From assembly GCA_963677705.1 (NCBI GenBank), contig OY782497.1, positions 4,152,627 through 4,216,626 on the forward strand: a stretch of 64,000 nt of DNA. The letters are read 5' to 3'. The notes under the pieces were generated by a model, which saw only the letters and a program-made list of their open reading frames with translations, had not been told where the DNA came from and ran no database searches. Source of the DNA: Myxococcota bacterium (GTDB lineage: Bacteria; Myxococcota_A; SURF-8; G963677705). Of the stretch, positions 48,810 to 58,781 are shown one piece after another. The first letter of the stretch is position 1, and every line of letters begins with the position of its first letter. A program made the translations under genes and the position numbers.

Positions 48810-51539
48810 TCAGTCTTTCTTGGCTTGCAGTATCTCCAGGGCAATGGTCAGGGCTTTCGAGGCTTTCACGCGCATTTCTTCGTCATGCTTGATGCGATGG
48901 AAGGCTTTCACCACACGCTCTTCATTCTGGGCGTTGGTGCCGTGCAGGGCTTCCAGTTCCTCTTCCAACTCCGCCAGACGTTGTTCGTATTGCTGGCCGA
49001 TCTCTTCAAGCTGCTGTTGTAGGTCTTCGCGGTCTTTCTCTAAAACCTCCAGGTCTTTTTCCCACTGCGCCACGGTGGTCTTGGCCGCTTGCAGATCCTC
49101 TTTGGCTTTGACCTTTTCATTGTTGGCCTGTTGCAGGTCTGCCTGGGTCGTCGCGAGGGTTTCCTCACGCTGTTTGAGGGTTTCTTCCTGTTGACGAAGC
49201 TTCTCGTTCAATCCGGCCAGTTGCGCAGCCTGATCGTCCAAGAGTTTGTTGGCGTCACTGAGATCCTTGCTTTGTTTCTGGTGGGTGCTTTCCAACTCAG
49301 TCAACTTGCTTTGAGCTTCCGTGGCCTGAGTTTTGGCCAGGTCGCTTTCGTCACGCAAGGTGCCCAGTTCCTCTTTGGAGGCTTGAAGTAGGGTGGTTTT
49401 GGTTTCCAGATCCTGCTTCGTCTGCTCAAGCTGAGCGGTCAGTTCTTCGATGTTTTCATCTTTTTCATCCAACTCAGCATCTTTCAGGGCCAACTTGCTG
49501 TTGGTTTCGTTCAGTTGAGCTTCTTTGTCGGCGAGCGCTTGCTGTATGTTGGCCGCTTCATGGTTTCGCGTCTGGATGCTCTGTTCCAACTCGGTAATCT
49601 GGGCGCGCAAAGCCTCTACCGTCTGGGCCTGCTCGCCGGATTGGTTCTGCGCCGTCGTCAGTTGTTGGCGGGTCTGCTCGTGGTTACGACGTTCCTCATC
49701 CAAGGCGGCTTCCAGCTCGCTTCGTTCGGCTTGTTGGGCATCAAGAGTGCTGTGAAGTTCTTCCAGTTCGCTGTCTTTTTGTTGAATCTGGGCGTTGAGG
49801 GTCGAGAGTTCCTTTTCACGATCCCCCAGGCTTTTCGCCTGTTCCTGGCTTTCATTGAGCTTTTGCGTGTAGCGCTTGCTGAGCTTCTCGAAGCTCAGTT
49901 TTTTATCTTCCAGGGTTTTGCGCAGTTTTTCCAGTTCGCCTTCCAACTCGTTCTCACGCAGGGTCAGGGCTTGCTGTTTTTCCTCTACGCGACGACGGGC
50001 GGCCTGCTCCTGTTCGTCCAACTCCTGTTGCAGGGCGCTAACCTGGTTTTCCAGTTCGGCCAGGGTGCTGTCTTTCTGGCCCAACTGCGACTGCAAGCCT
50101 TCAAGAGTCTGTTGGTGTTGTTCTTGGGCTTGGGTCTTGGCGTTTTCAACAACGGTCAATTGGTTCTTCAAGTCCTCCATGCGTTGGGCTAAGGCATCCA
50201 TCTCAGCCTGCTTCCGTCGGAGAAGTTCGTCTTTTTCGTTGAGCGCTTCACTCCATTCCCCTTGTTGTCGTTCCTGGTCGCTTTGCTGGCGCTGCTGGGA
50301 GTTCTGCAACTCCTCGTTTTGCTGACGCAGGGTGCTTGCCTGGTGCTGGGTCTGCTGAAGCTCCTCGCTTGTTTTGTTGAGTTCCTGTTCCAGACGGGTG
50401 AACCGTTCTTCAAGCGAGGCTAGGTTTTGATCGGTTTCATTCTTCTGGGCCGTCAGTTCAGAAAGCTTGGATTGCAACTCATTGTGATTCTGGGTGAGGG
50501 TCTGAAGCTCCTCGCGGGTGCGAGCCAACTCATCTTCCCTGCCGGCCAGTTCCTGCTTGAGTTGAAGCCCCTGGGCAGAGAGTGTCTGGCGTTCATCGGC
50601 CAGTTTCTGCAATTGCGCTTCCACCTCGCCGATGCGTGCTGCGTCCCGTTCAGCCTGTTTTTGCAGGGTGGAACGCTCTTTTTCCACCACATCCAGGCGG
50701 GCTTTGGTTTCGTTCAGTTCGTCGGTCAGCCTGGCCTTGGCCTGGGAAAGCTCTTCTTTCTCCCGTTCGCGTTTGAACAGCAGTTGTTTCATCCGCTGGG
50801 TTTCCGCGTTGCCGCCCCCGGAAGAAGGCACGGGAATCTCGGATTGCCGCAGGCCGGATTGCTCGGCGGGAGGCACCTGGTATTCTTCACTCAATTCCCC
50901 CAGAACGTCGTCCATTGCGTCATCCATGTTGGGGAATCCCAGGTCGTCGTCATCATCGAGGGGAGAAGCCTGGGTTGAGCTTGGCGTCCCGGCCAACAAA
51001 CTGTCGATGTCATCCATCGGTGGCGCGGCGACCGTCTGGCTTGGGATCTCGTCGGCAAAGTCTTCCGTTGGGATGGGGTACTCGTCCGTGGAAGGTTCGG
51101 CCAGCATGTCATCCAACATATCCACTTCGCTGGTGGGAACCGCAGGAGGATGAGCATCGGCAGCCCAACCCAGCATGGAGGCCAATTCCTGGTAGAGTTC
51201 ATCCGGTTGGAAAGGCTTGTGGTAATAGAGGTCCGCGTGTTTTCTGAGCTTCTGGTGCTTCTGGAAGGTTTCCGGTGGCACGTTGGCTCCGACGATCACG
51301 CTGCTTGCCTGGCCTAAGACCGGGTCGTGCTTGATCGCTTTGAACAAGGCGAAGCCGCTGGTATCGGCCAGTTGCACGTCAATGACAAAGGCATCGGGCA
51401 GCCATTGCCTTGCAGCACTTAAGGCAGCCTCGGCGTTGTCGACAAAATGGATTTCACAGCCGCGCTCATTGGTCAGAAACTCTGCCAGGGTTTGCGCGAA
51501 GGAAATGTCACCATCAGCGATGAGGATTTTCTGAGACAT
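48810..51539 (-). CDS. FrzS/AglZ-like protein: N-terminal receiver domain plus a coiled-coil of about 750 aa
   Basis: Receiver ILIADGDISFAQTL...DAFVIDVQLADTSGF...KP. The remainder is heptad-rich (QQLEE..., ELEEL...), Gln/Glu/Leu-biased. Confidence 0.7.
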   Translation of the reverse strand: MSQKILIADGDISFAQTLAEFLTNERGCEIHFVDNAEAALSAARQWLPDAFVIDVQLADTSGFALFKAIKHDPVLGQASSVIVGANVPPETFQKHQKLRKHADLYYHKPFQPDELYQELASMLGWAADAHPPAVPTSEVDMLDDMLAEPSTDEYPIPTEDFADEIPSQTVAAPPMDDIDSLLAGTPSSTQASPLDDDDDLGFPNMDDAMDDVLGELSEEYQVPPAEQSGLRQSEIPVPSSGGGNAETQRMKQLLFKREREKEELSQAKARLTDELNETKARLDVVEKERSTLQKQAERDAARIGEVEAQLQKLADERQTLSAQGLQLKQELAGREDELARTREELQTLTQNHNELQSKLSELTAQKNETDQNLASLEERFTRLEQELNKTSEELQQTQHQASTLRQQNEELQNSQQRQQSDQERQQGEWSEALNEKDELLRRKQAEMDALAQRMEDLKNQLTVVENAKTQAQEQHQQTLEGLQSQLGQKDSTLAELENQVSALQQELDEQEQAARRRVEEKQQALTLRENELEGELEKLRKTLEDKKLSFEKLSKRYTQKLNESQEQAKSLGDREKELSTLNAQIQQKDSELEELHSTLDAQQAERSELEAALDEERRNHEQTRQQLTTAQNQSGEQAQTVEALRAQITELEQSIQTRNHEAANIQQALADKEAQLNETNSKLALKDAELDEKDENIEELTAQLEQTKQDLETKTTLLQASKEELGTLRDESDLAKTQATEAQSKLTELESTHQKQSKDLSDANKLLDDQAAQLAGLNEKLRQQEETLKQREETLATTQADLQQANNEKVKAKEDLQAAKTTVAQWEKDLEVLEKDREDLQQQLEEIGQQYEQRLAELEEELEALHGTNAQNEERVVKAFHRIKHDEEMRVKASKALTIALEILQAKKD

Positions 51540-51644
51540 ACAACTAACCTCGGTCACGGGCCCGTGGGCGTTCGAAAACGGGGTGGCTTGAATCCGTCTG
51601 ATTGAACAACAGCTACAGCAAACAGGACAGCTTTCAGCGTTACG

Positions 51645-52190
51645 CTACTTCTTCTTCACCATATCTTTCACCGCTCCCATGATTTTACTCATGGAACCGA
51701 AACCCTTGCGGGCCAGGAAACTCATGACGTCAGGTCCGCCTAAAAGCAGGATCTTGAATACGCCCATCCGGGTCAGGCCGATTACGCCGACATGCAGGTC
51801 TACCTTCAGAGTGACATCGGGATCGTCACTGACCATCAGGCTGAAAAACTTCACGCCGAATTCCCCAATGTTCGCGGATTGAAATCCGGCGAGTGCGCCG
51901 ACGGCCTTGGGGCTGATGGTAAAGGTGATCTCCGGATCTTTGGGCGGAGGACTATCTCGTAAAAACGTCTGTTTTTTCTCACGAATCACATGGTAAGGCG
52001 TGCTTTCCTCACCGGTAATCAACATCTGGAAAACGGTTCCGTTTTTCAAGGGACCGGCGGCGCGGAGAGAAATTGGGCGAACCTCCAAAAACTCTTGCAA
52101 TTGCTCAAAGGCTGGAGTCGTCAAGGTGGTTTCCTTTCCTTGGTTTCCTCGTTGATACGTGGCCGCGAAGCGCCACAACATCTGTTCCAT
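51645..52190 (-). CDS. Hypothetical protein adjacent to the FrzS-like gene
   Basis: 181-aa ORF with protein-like composition. No motif recognised. Confidence 0.4.
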   Translation of the reverse strand: MEQMLWRFAATYQRGNQGKETTLTTPAFEQLQEFLEVRPISLRAAGPLKNGTVFQMLITGEESTPYHVIREKKQTFLRDSPPPKDPEITFTISPKAVGALAGFQSANIGEFGVKFFSLMVSDDPDVTLKVDLHVGVIGLTRMGVFKILLLGGPDVMSFLARKGFGSMSKIMGAVKDMVKKK

Positions 52191-52362
52191 TCTAGCGACC
52201 TCTTTTCATAGCACAAGCGGCTATTGGGAGCAACTTCTTAAACCATTCCCGTATGTTAGATATTGAATGGATTCTTTCGCATCATTCACGGGTTGCCTTT
52301 TCTCTTCGCCTGGGGTAGAGAAAACAGGCGAGATGAAATGCTCTAAACCTGTGAGGTTACCC

Positions 52363-53394
52363 ATGAAAACGGCATTCGGTGTTATCGTTCTTATCAGCTT
52401 GATTGCCTTTCTGGCCATTTCAACGAACGTCTTTCACTCTGGCCCGCGAATCGAAACCCTGGCTCCGCAACCGGTGCGACCGGGCGAAGCCCTGACCCTT
52501 ACCGGCAGCGGCCTGGCTCCCCAAGGTGGTCCGGTGATGGTTCAATTCAACGGGCAGGCGGTTTCGGCCACGGAAGGCGGTGAGCGCTACGTCGTGGTGC
52601 AGGCTCCTCAAGGATTGCAGGCAGGCATGGTTACGGTGACGGTTGGCGCAGAGACCAGCAACCCGCTGTTTTTCGAGGTTGCCGGAGCGGGAATGGGCAA
52701 GGGTATGGCCGGGATGCCCGCCGGACATCCGATGGTTACCGGGAAACAGGTTGTGGAACCGGGCCAGGGAGGCATGATGGGCCAAGGTACGGAAGGTGGT
52801 TCCACCGCCGGAGCGCATCAGTTTTTCAGTGGGGACGAGATCCGCCCCGCGCCGGATTTTACCTTGACCGATCTTCACGGCAAAAAGGTTTCTCTGTCTG
52901 ACTTCAAAGGGAAGATCGTGCTGCTTCATTTCTGGGCGACCTGGTGCCCGCCCTGCCTGGAGGAAGTGCCCAGTCTGGAGCGCTTGACCCAACGCACGAA
53001 GGACAGCCTGAAGGACTTTGCGGTTCTGGCGGTGAGTGTGGATAAGAACACCGATGACATCAAAACCAAGCTTCCCAAGCTCAACTTGGATGTCTATTCG
53101 GACCCGGAAGGCGAGCTGGCCAAAACCTACGGCACGGAAAAATTCCCGGAAACGTATATCCTGAACAAAGAAGGTAAACTGGTCGCCAAGTTCATCGGCT
53201 CGCGTAACTGGGATAACCCCTTGTTCGAGCGCCTGTTCGGTCTATTGCTGAAGCAGGGGCATCTGAGCATGGACGGCATGATGGGTGGCGGAATGCCCAA
53301 GTCCCAGGAAACTGCCGCGGAGAAGGAACAACCCGCCGAGCAGGCTTCGCCCACCGAGCAACCCTCGAAGGCTGGGGAGGGAGACCATGAGTAA
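52363..53394 (+). CDS. Membrane-anchored TlpA/ResA-family thiol-disulfide oxidoreductase with an IPT/TIG-like domain
   Basis: N-terminal TM helix. Ig-like region PVRPGEALTLTGSGL...MVTVTV. Thioredoxin fold KIVLLHFWATWCPPC. Confidence 0.7.
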   Translation: MKTAFGVIVLISLIAFLAISTNVFHSGPRIETLAPQPVRPGEALTLTGSGLAPQGGPVMVQFNGQAVSATEGGERYVVVQAPQGLQAGMVTVTVGAETSNPLFFEVAGAGMGKGMAGMPAGHPMVTGKQVVEPGQGGMMGQGTEGGSTAGAHQFFSGDEIRPAPDFTLTDLHGKKVSLSDFKGKIVLLHFWATWCPPCLEEVPSLERLTQRTKDSLKDFAVLAVSVDKNTDDIKTKLPKLNLDVYSDPEGELAKTYGTEKFPETYILNKEGKLVAKFIGSRNWDNPLFERLFGLLLKQGHLSMDGMMGGGMPKSQETAAEKEQPAEQASPTEQPSKAGEGDHE

Positions 53395-53734
53395 GCCGGA
53401 TTGGGTGACGGAATTCCCTTTTCCCGTCACGGTATGTGATCAAAAGGGGACCGTGGTTCAAATGAATCGGGCCAGCCGGGAGTTGTTTGCCAAGTCCGGC
53501 GGAGAAAAGCTTGTGGGAACGGACCTGCGCGACTGTCATCCGGGCAAGAGCCGTGAGCGCCTGGAAAGCCTGCTTACCGATCCGCGAAGCAATATCTACT
53601 CGATTGTGAAAAACGGACAAACGAAACTGATTGTGCAAAGCCCCTGGTACGAAGATGGAACCTTTGCCGGTTTGGTGGAGCTTTCCTTCCCTTTGCCGGA
53701 TGTCATGCAGGTGATGGATAGGGATAAGGGCTGA
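53387..53734 (+). CDS. Small PAS-like domain protein (start overlaps the TlpA stop)
   Basis: 115-aa ORF starting MSKPDWVTEFPFPVTVCDQKGTVVQMNRASRELF, with a PAS-like beginning. Weak support. Confidence 0.35.
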   Translation: MSKPDWVTEFPFPVTVCDQKGTVVQMNRASRELFAKSGGEKLVGTDLRDCHPGKSRERLESLLTDPRSNIYSIVKNGQTKLIVQSPWYEDGTFAGLVELSFPLPDVMQVMDRDKG

Positions 53735-53843
53735 GTCTCATTCCGGGTTTCGGAGGAAACGTCCAATCCACTTGTACGGAGCCAGGGTGAGGGAAGCTGG
53801 GGGTTGTCAGTCGTCTCAAGCAGAGCTTGTCAATTACCCAGAG

Positions 53844-54605
53844 TTAGGCGTCGTTGACGATCCCGATGAAGGAAAGCATCCGTCCGCAGAGGGTCTGCTC
53901 CCGCCGCCAGCTATCATAGCGCGTGGCATTGGCCGGGTCCAGGGTGCAAGCACCAACGGTCAGGATGCGTGTCAGACCCAGGCGCTCCAGGTGCAGGCTG
54001 TTGGCACGGATCAAGTCCACGTGGGCTTTCGGTCCCAGATCCCGCCTTACGGCAGGGGATAGATCCGCCGTGACAAAGGCACGGGCCACGTCCTCACCCA
54101 CCTCGTAGCGTTCCACACGGGCGCACGGCCCCAACAAAGCCGTCAGGTTTTCCGGTTTGCATCCCAGTTGAGTCATCAGCGCAACACCTTCGCGGACGAT
54201 GCCGTCTACCGTACCACGCCATCCGGCATGGATCGCCGCCACCACGGGCCGGGTTTCATCCATCAACAATACAGGAAGGCAATCCGCCGTTTTAACCGCC
54301 ACGGCCATGCCCGGCTGTGGGCAGACCAGGCCATCGGCCACCGTTCCAGGCAGGCTTTGCGCGTCGTGAGGGGCATCGGCCAACAAAACCTTGGTGGTGT
54401 GGCGTTGAGTCACGGTAAGCAGGCAGGTCAAACCGGGATGGGTTGTGAGGGCTTGCTGATGGGCATAGGCCACGCTTTGTTGCTTGGTTCGTTCCAGTTC
54501 CTCCACCGACAGTCCGGCGTAGCTCAAGGGTGCCTTGGTGCCAAAGCCGTAACGAATCCACGAGGGCGGCTGATACTCTGTTGCCGTTTCAAAAAAGCTT
54601 GCCAT
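53844..54605 (-). CDS. pgeF: Peptidoglycan editing factor PgeF / YfiH (laccase-domain, DUF152)
   Basis: ADGLV...AVKTADCLPVLL...AAIHAGWRGT motifs. Start trimmed to MASFFE at 54605. Confidence 0.75.
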   Translation of the reverse strand: MASFFETATEYQPPSWIRYGFGTKAPLSYAGLSVEELERTKQQSVAYAHQQALTTHPGLTCLLTVTQRHTTKVLLADAPHDAQSLPGTVADGLVCPQPGMAVAVKTADCLPVLLMDETRPVVAAIHAGWRGTVDGIVREGVALMTQLGCKPENLTALLGPCARVERYEVGEDVARAFVTADLSPAVRRDLGPKAHVDLIRANSLHLERLGLTRILTVGACTLDPANATRYDSWRREQTLCGRMLSFIGIVNDA

Positions 54606-55554
54606 GATGCTGCTCCAGGAAATCAAGCACATCGGCCATATCGCTGGGGAGGTCGCATTCAAAGCGCAGCATTTCTCCCGTGCGGGGATGGCGAAAGCCC
54701 AGGGTATGAGCATGAAGCGCCTGACGGCTGAAGTGGCGCAGGCGGTCCCGTACTGCCTTCTGCTGAATGCGGTTCAATTTGCGTTCGCCCCCGTAGACCG
54801 GATCTCCCAGGAGCGGAAAGCCTTCATCGGTGAAATGTACGCGAATCTGATGGGTGCGCCCCGTTTCCAGGCGAGCGGAAATGAAGCTCATTTCTGCATA
54901 GCGCCGCAAAACCTTGAAATGGGTTATCGCCCGTTTGCCGTTGTGCCCTTGGCTGGTATAGCGTTTGCGGTCGGTGGGATGCCGGGTAATCGCCCGGTCG
55001 ATGGAGCCTTCGTCCTGCTTCGGCGCACCGATACACAAGGCCAGGTATTCCCGTTCCAGACTATGGGCCGCAAACTGTAAGGAAAGTGCTTCGTGGGCCC
55101 GGTCGTTTTTGGTCACGACCAACAGGCCGCTGGTGTCTTTGTCGATGCGATGCACGATGCCTGGCCGCAAGACCCCGCCGATGCCGCTGAGGTTGTCGCA
55201 ATGATGGAGTAGGGCGTTGACCAGGGTTCCGTCCCGGTTGCCTGCCGCCGGATGAACCACCATCCCGACCGGCTTGTTGACCACCAGTACATCTTCATCT
55301 TCGTAATAAATATCCAGCGCGATGTCCTGGGCCAGCACATCCAGGGGAACCGGGTCGGGGATCTCCACATGCAGGGTATCGCCCTCTTTCAAGCGAGCGT
55401 TGGCCTTGACGGTTACACCGTTGAGCGTCACCGCACCATCATGGATCAGCCCTTGGGCCTGATTGCGCGAGACGGAACAAAAGAGAGCCAGAAAGCGGTC
55501 GATCCGCTCTCCGGCCTGCTCTTTACCAAGCGTGGTTTCGTGAATCGTGGGCAA
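54589..55554 (-). CDS. rluD: 23S rRNA pseudouridine synthase, RluA family with S4 domain (RluD-like)
   Basis: S4 region RIDRFLA. Catalytic HRIDKDTSGLLVVTKN. Confidence 0.85.
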   Translation of the reverse strand: MPTIHETTLGKEQAGERIDRFLALFCSVSRNQAQGLIHDGAVTLNGVTVKANARLKEGDTLHVEIPDPVPLDVLAQDIALDIYYEDEDVLVVNKPVGMVVHPAAGNRDGTLVNALLHHCDNLSGIGGVLRPGIVHRIDKDTSGLLVVTKNDRAHEALSLQFAAHSLEREYLALCIGAPKQDEGSIDRAITRHPTDRKRYTSQGHNGKRAITHFKVLRRYAEMSFISARLETGRTHQIRVHFTDEGFPLLGDPVYGGERKLNRIQQKAVRDRLRHFSRQALHAHTLGFRHPRTGEMLRFECDLPSDMADVLDFLEQHHGKLF

Positions 55555-55556
55555 GA

Positions 55557-55823
55557 TTACCAGATGGTGCTGTCTACGTGGGCGCGGTATTTGAGGATGA
55601 TGTCAATCAGGGCGCGGTCAAAGTAGTTGCTTTCCCGGCGGACGGTTTCATCCACACGGCTTTCATACAACTCCCGGCCTTCCTGAATCTCTTCAGCCAG
55701 GGCTTCCCAGAGGTTGTCATCCAGGATGGACTGGTCGATTTTATCCTTGTTGTACAAGGAAACATCACTGGCGATGGCTCGCGCCAAGCGCTTGGCCGCT
55801 TCGGGACGTTCGATCAGGGCCAT
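55557..55823 (-). CDS. Hypothetical small protein, translationally coupled upstream of rluD
   Basis: 88 aa. The stop lies 3 nt before the rluD start. Confidence 0.4.
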   Translation of the reverse strand: MALIERPEAAKRLARAIASDVSLYNKDKIDQSILDDNLWEALAEEIQEGRELYESRVDETVRRESNYFDRALIDIILKYRAHVDSTIW

Positions 55824-56079
55824 GATTTACTCCTCACGAATACACATTGATTCTTCAGCTCACAGACAAGCGGAGTATACCGAAGCTTTGCCGGAAAGTA
55901 AACCGAAAATGCCATGCTTTCCCGGAAAGAACGCACAGGAAGACTCGAACCCCCTGTTTCGTTTCAGGTCATCTTCCTGGGCGGAAAAGGTTGATTTTTA
56001 CCCTCGTTTCTCTACAATGAGCGTGGTCGTTGCCCTCGCAAACATAGAACTTTCCCTTCATTCCTCTTAGGAGAACTCG

Positions 56080-58518
56080 ATGGTCCGTCAATCCTTCGGC
56101 CTGATACTGGCTCTGTTTCTTTTGCTTCTGCTCCTCGTTGCCTGTTCTTCATCCAGTGAGGGTGACCCGGACCCGGATGGGGATACAAGCGATGGAGATA
56201 ACCCGACAGACGACGATGACGACGACGACGATGATGATGACACCCTGGATGGAGATACCGAGGAAGATGGCGATGAGCCGAACCCCCTCGTTCCGCGAGA
56301 TCCGCCGGCTTTCGCCAACCCGCTGATGGATGAACCCTATCTTCAGGAGTTCAACCATACCAGCAACGAGGTGGAAGCGGGCCTGGAAAACCTGGTGTCC
56401 GTACTGCTGCCTCCGGCAGACTTCACCACCTTTGATGAACCGACTCAAATTACCCCACGCGGCGTGGTACGTCACACCACCGAAGGAAACGTTGAGGTAC
56501 TTTCCATTCTGGAAGCCGAGGCCGACCTTGTCGCTGCGGCAACCAATGCGGATACAATCTTCCTTGTCTCTGGAACCACGGTTTATACCGTCAACGCCGA
56601 AGGCACCGTGCAAAGCCTGGCCGCACTCCCCGACGCTTGCCAGACACCGGGGCTTTCCAACGGTAGCGCGCAGGCTTACCTGTTCTGTGAAAGCGGACTC
56701 TACCTGCTCAGCGCGGACGCCCTGACGCCGGTGGACTTCATCAACCAGGCCGTCACGGCGGTTACCGAAAGCCTCAACGGCTTGTATATCGCCGGTGAGG
56801 GGTTCGTCAGCCTGTACGATCCCTCCGATTCCACCACCCAAGCCACGTGGAGCCTTGGCACCAACGATAACCTCCCCGACGCACCGGTAGTCGCCGTGCT
56901 GGAAAATCTCAGTCTGCCGGAAGCCTTGGATCTGGTCGTTGTTACAACAACCCAGACCGTGGGTGTTCGCCTCAGGGATGGACAGGCCAGCGTGCTGACA
57001 GACATCGAAGCCTTCCAAAGCGACCGCATTCCGCTGATGCCCGTTCGTGGTGCGACGAAAACCGGCGACGGCGGATTCATTCTCTATACCGCCGAAGGCG
57101 GAGCCTGCCGGATTATGGAACGTGGTCACGGCCCGGAATGGCGTGTGTACAACTGGGAGCGTTGGCTGCCTAACGAGAACGTTCGTGCCGTGGTAACCCC
57201 GGCGGACAGTGACACCGCACCCATCTGGTTTGCCACCGCCGGAGGTCTGGCGACCGTGACCGCCCAACGGATGACTCTGCAAGAAAAAATGGCTTTGTTT
57301 GACGAACGCCTGGAATTGCGTCACGACCGCGACGGAGCGGTGGCCGACAGCCGCTTGAGCGTCAAAGGAGATTTGTCCACCAGCGTTCCCTATGACAGTG
57401 ACAACGACGGCGGCTGGACCTGCTATCAAGTCTTGGCTCAGTGCTATCAATACCGCACCACCGGGGACGAACGGGCCAAGCAACGCTTTGACAAAGCCTT
57501 GGACGCCATGCTCAACCTGCATGACCTTACCGGTACGGACTATTTCCTGGGCCGTTCGGTGATCCGCAAAGAAGGCTGCCAGTTGGATGACTGCGACAAC
57601 CCCGATGATGGCGAGTGGTTCACCAGCCCCGATGGAGAATGGTGGGTCAAGGCCGACACCAGCAACGATGAAGTGACCAGCCACATGTTCATGATGGGCC
57701 CGGCCTATGATCTTTGCGCCGATGACGAGCAGAAAGAGCGCATTCGTCGCCATGTGGGAGACATCATCGGCGGTATCGTGGAGAACAACTACCAATTGGT
57801 AGACCTGGATGGCGAAGTCACCACGTATGGACAACTCGGTCCTGATTACGTCAACGATAGCATTCAGGGGCAGTTCGGAGATGGCGGAAGGCGCAGTGCG
57901 CAGATGATCGCCAACCTGAACCTCGCCTATTACCTCACCGGCGAACAGCGCTTTGCCGATGCCAAAGCGGATCTTTTGGATAACCATCATTATGCAGAGA
58001 ACATCCTTGGTGAAGCGGATTATCCCTTCCGTGCCGGTCATGGCAGCAATGACGGCAATGAACTGGTCACCCAGGCGTACATGATCCTCTTGCGCTATGA
58101 GCAGGATAACGAACTGTACGAAACCTGGAAAGACGCCTGGGCCAACAGCTATAGCTATATGCGTCCCCAGCAAGCCAGCCTGTGGGATGTGGCCAACGCC
58201 ATCCTGGACGGGCCGGAGCCGGATATGGCGATGACCCGCCGTTGGCAACGTCTGGCCCCGGTGGATATGATTCGCTGGACCGTGCACAATGGCCACCGTC
58301 AAGACCTGGCCGAGCCGACGGAATATTATCAGGATCTGGGCTTCATTCGCACGGATGGCTTCATTCTTCCCTACGATGAGCGTCCCTGTGACCGCTTCAA
58401 CCAAAGTCAGCTCAACTATGACGGCGGGAACAACGGTATGAAGGAAATGGATGGTGCCGAGGCGCTTTCCACCTACTGGATGGCCCGTTACTACCAGTTG
58501 ATCGTACCGGCGGAATAA
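56080..58518 (+). CDS. Large lipoprotein (812 aa) with poly-Asp linker; unknown function
   Basis: Lipobox LLLLLVAC, then SSSSEGDPDPDGDTSDGDNPTDDDDDDDDDDDTLDGDTEEDGDE. The antisense ORF 56149-58722 is a shadow. Confidence 0.6.
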   Translation: MVRQSFGLILALFLLLLLLVACSSSSEGDPDPDGDTSDGDNPTDDDDDDDDDDDTLDGDTEEDGDEPNPLVPRDPPAFANPLMDEPYLQEFNHTSNEVEAGLENLVSVLLPPADFTTFDEPTQITPRGVVRHTTEGNVEVLSILEAEADLVAAATNADTIFLVSGTTVYTVNAEGTVQSLAALPDACQTPGLSNGSAQAYLFCESGLYLLSADALTPVDFINQAVTAVTESLNGLYIAGEGFVSLYDPSDSTTQATWSLGTNDNLPDAPVVAVLENLSLPEALDLVVVTTTQTVGVRLRDGQASVLTDIEAFQSDRIPLMPVRGATKTGDGGFILYTAEGGACRIMERGHGPEWRVYNWERWLPNENVRAVVTPADSDTAPIWFATAGGLATVTAQRMTLQEKMALFDERLELRHDRDGAVADSRLSVKGDLSTSVPYDSDNDGGWTCYQVLAQCYQYRTTGDERAKQRFDKALDAMLNLHDLTGTDYFLGRSVIRKEGCQLDDCDNPDDGEWFTSPDGEWWVKADTSNDEVTSHMFMMGPAYDLCADDEQKERIRRHVGDIIGGIVENNYQLVDLDGEVTTYGQLGPDYVNDSIQGQFGDGGRRSAQMIANLNLAYYLTGEQRFADAKADLLDNHHYAENILGEADYPFRAGHGSNDGNELVTQAYMILLRYEQDNELYETWKDAWANSYSYMRPQQASLWDVANAILDGPEPDMAMTRRWQRLAPVDMIRWTVHNGHRQDLAEPTEYYQDLGFIRTDGFILPYDERPCDRFNQSQLNYDGGNNGMKEMDGAEALSTYWMARYYQLIVPAE

Positions 58519-58781
58519 GCCTGTTCTCAACCGATAGAATACCACTGCAACCAGATGCCCTGGAAATCCGAATCGGTTTCCGGGGCGTTTTTCTTGGGCG
58601 GAGAGATTCCACCAACCACGCTTCAGCATCCGGTTCACGGTCACCCTGAAAATGGGTCTTGAAGGGGGCTGCGGTCCTGGGTAGACTGTTTTGTCATCGC
58701 GGAACGATCCCAGAAGGCACAATCTCCTGGTTCATCATGATAAACACAGCCTCCGCGAGACAGAACACAAAGGGAACTGCC

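Noticed and set aside
53285-53386. N-terminal 34-aa extension of the 53285-53734 ORF
   Set aside because: The extension overlaps the 3' end of the TlpA-like gene in another frame and is Pro/Arg-rich. The internal ATG at 53387 (overlapping the TlpA stop, ATGA-type coupling) is the credible start.
56149-58722. 857-aa minus-strand ORF opposite the 812-aa lipoprotein gene
   Set aside because: Its G/V/H/R-rich composition is typical of a GC-rich antisense frame. The plus frame has a lipobox plus the characteristic poly-Asp tether.
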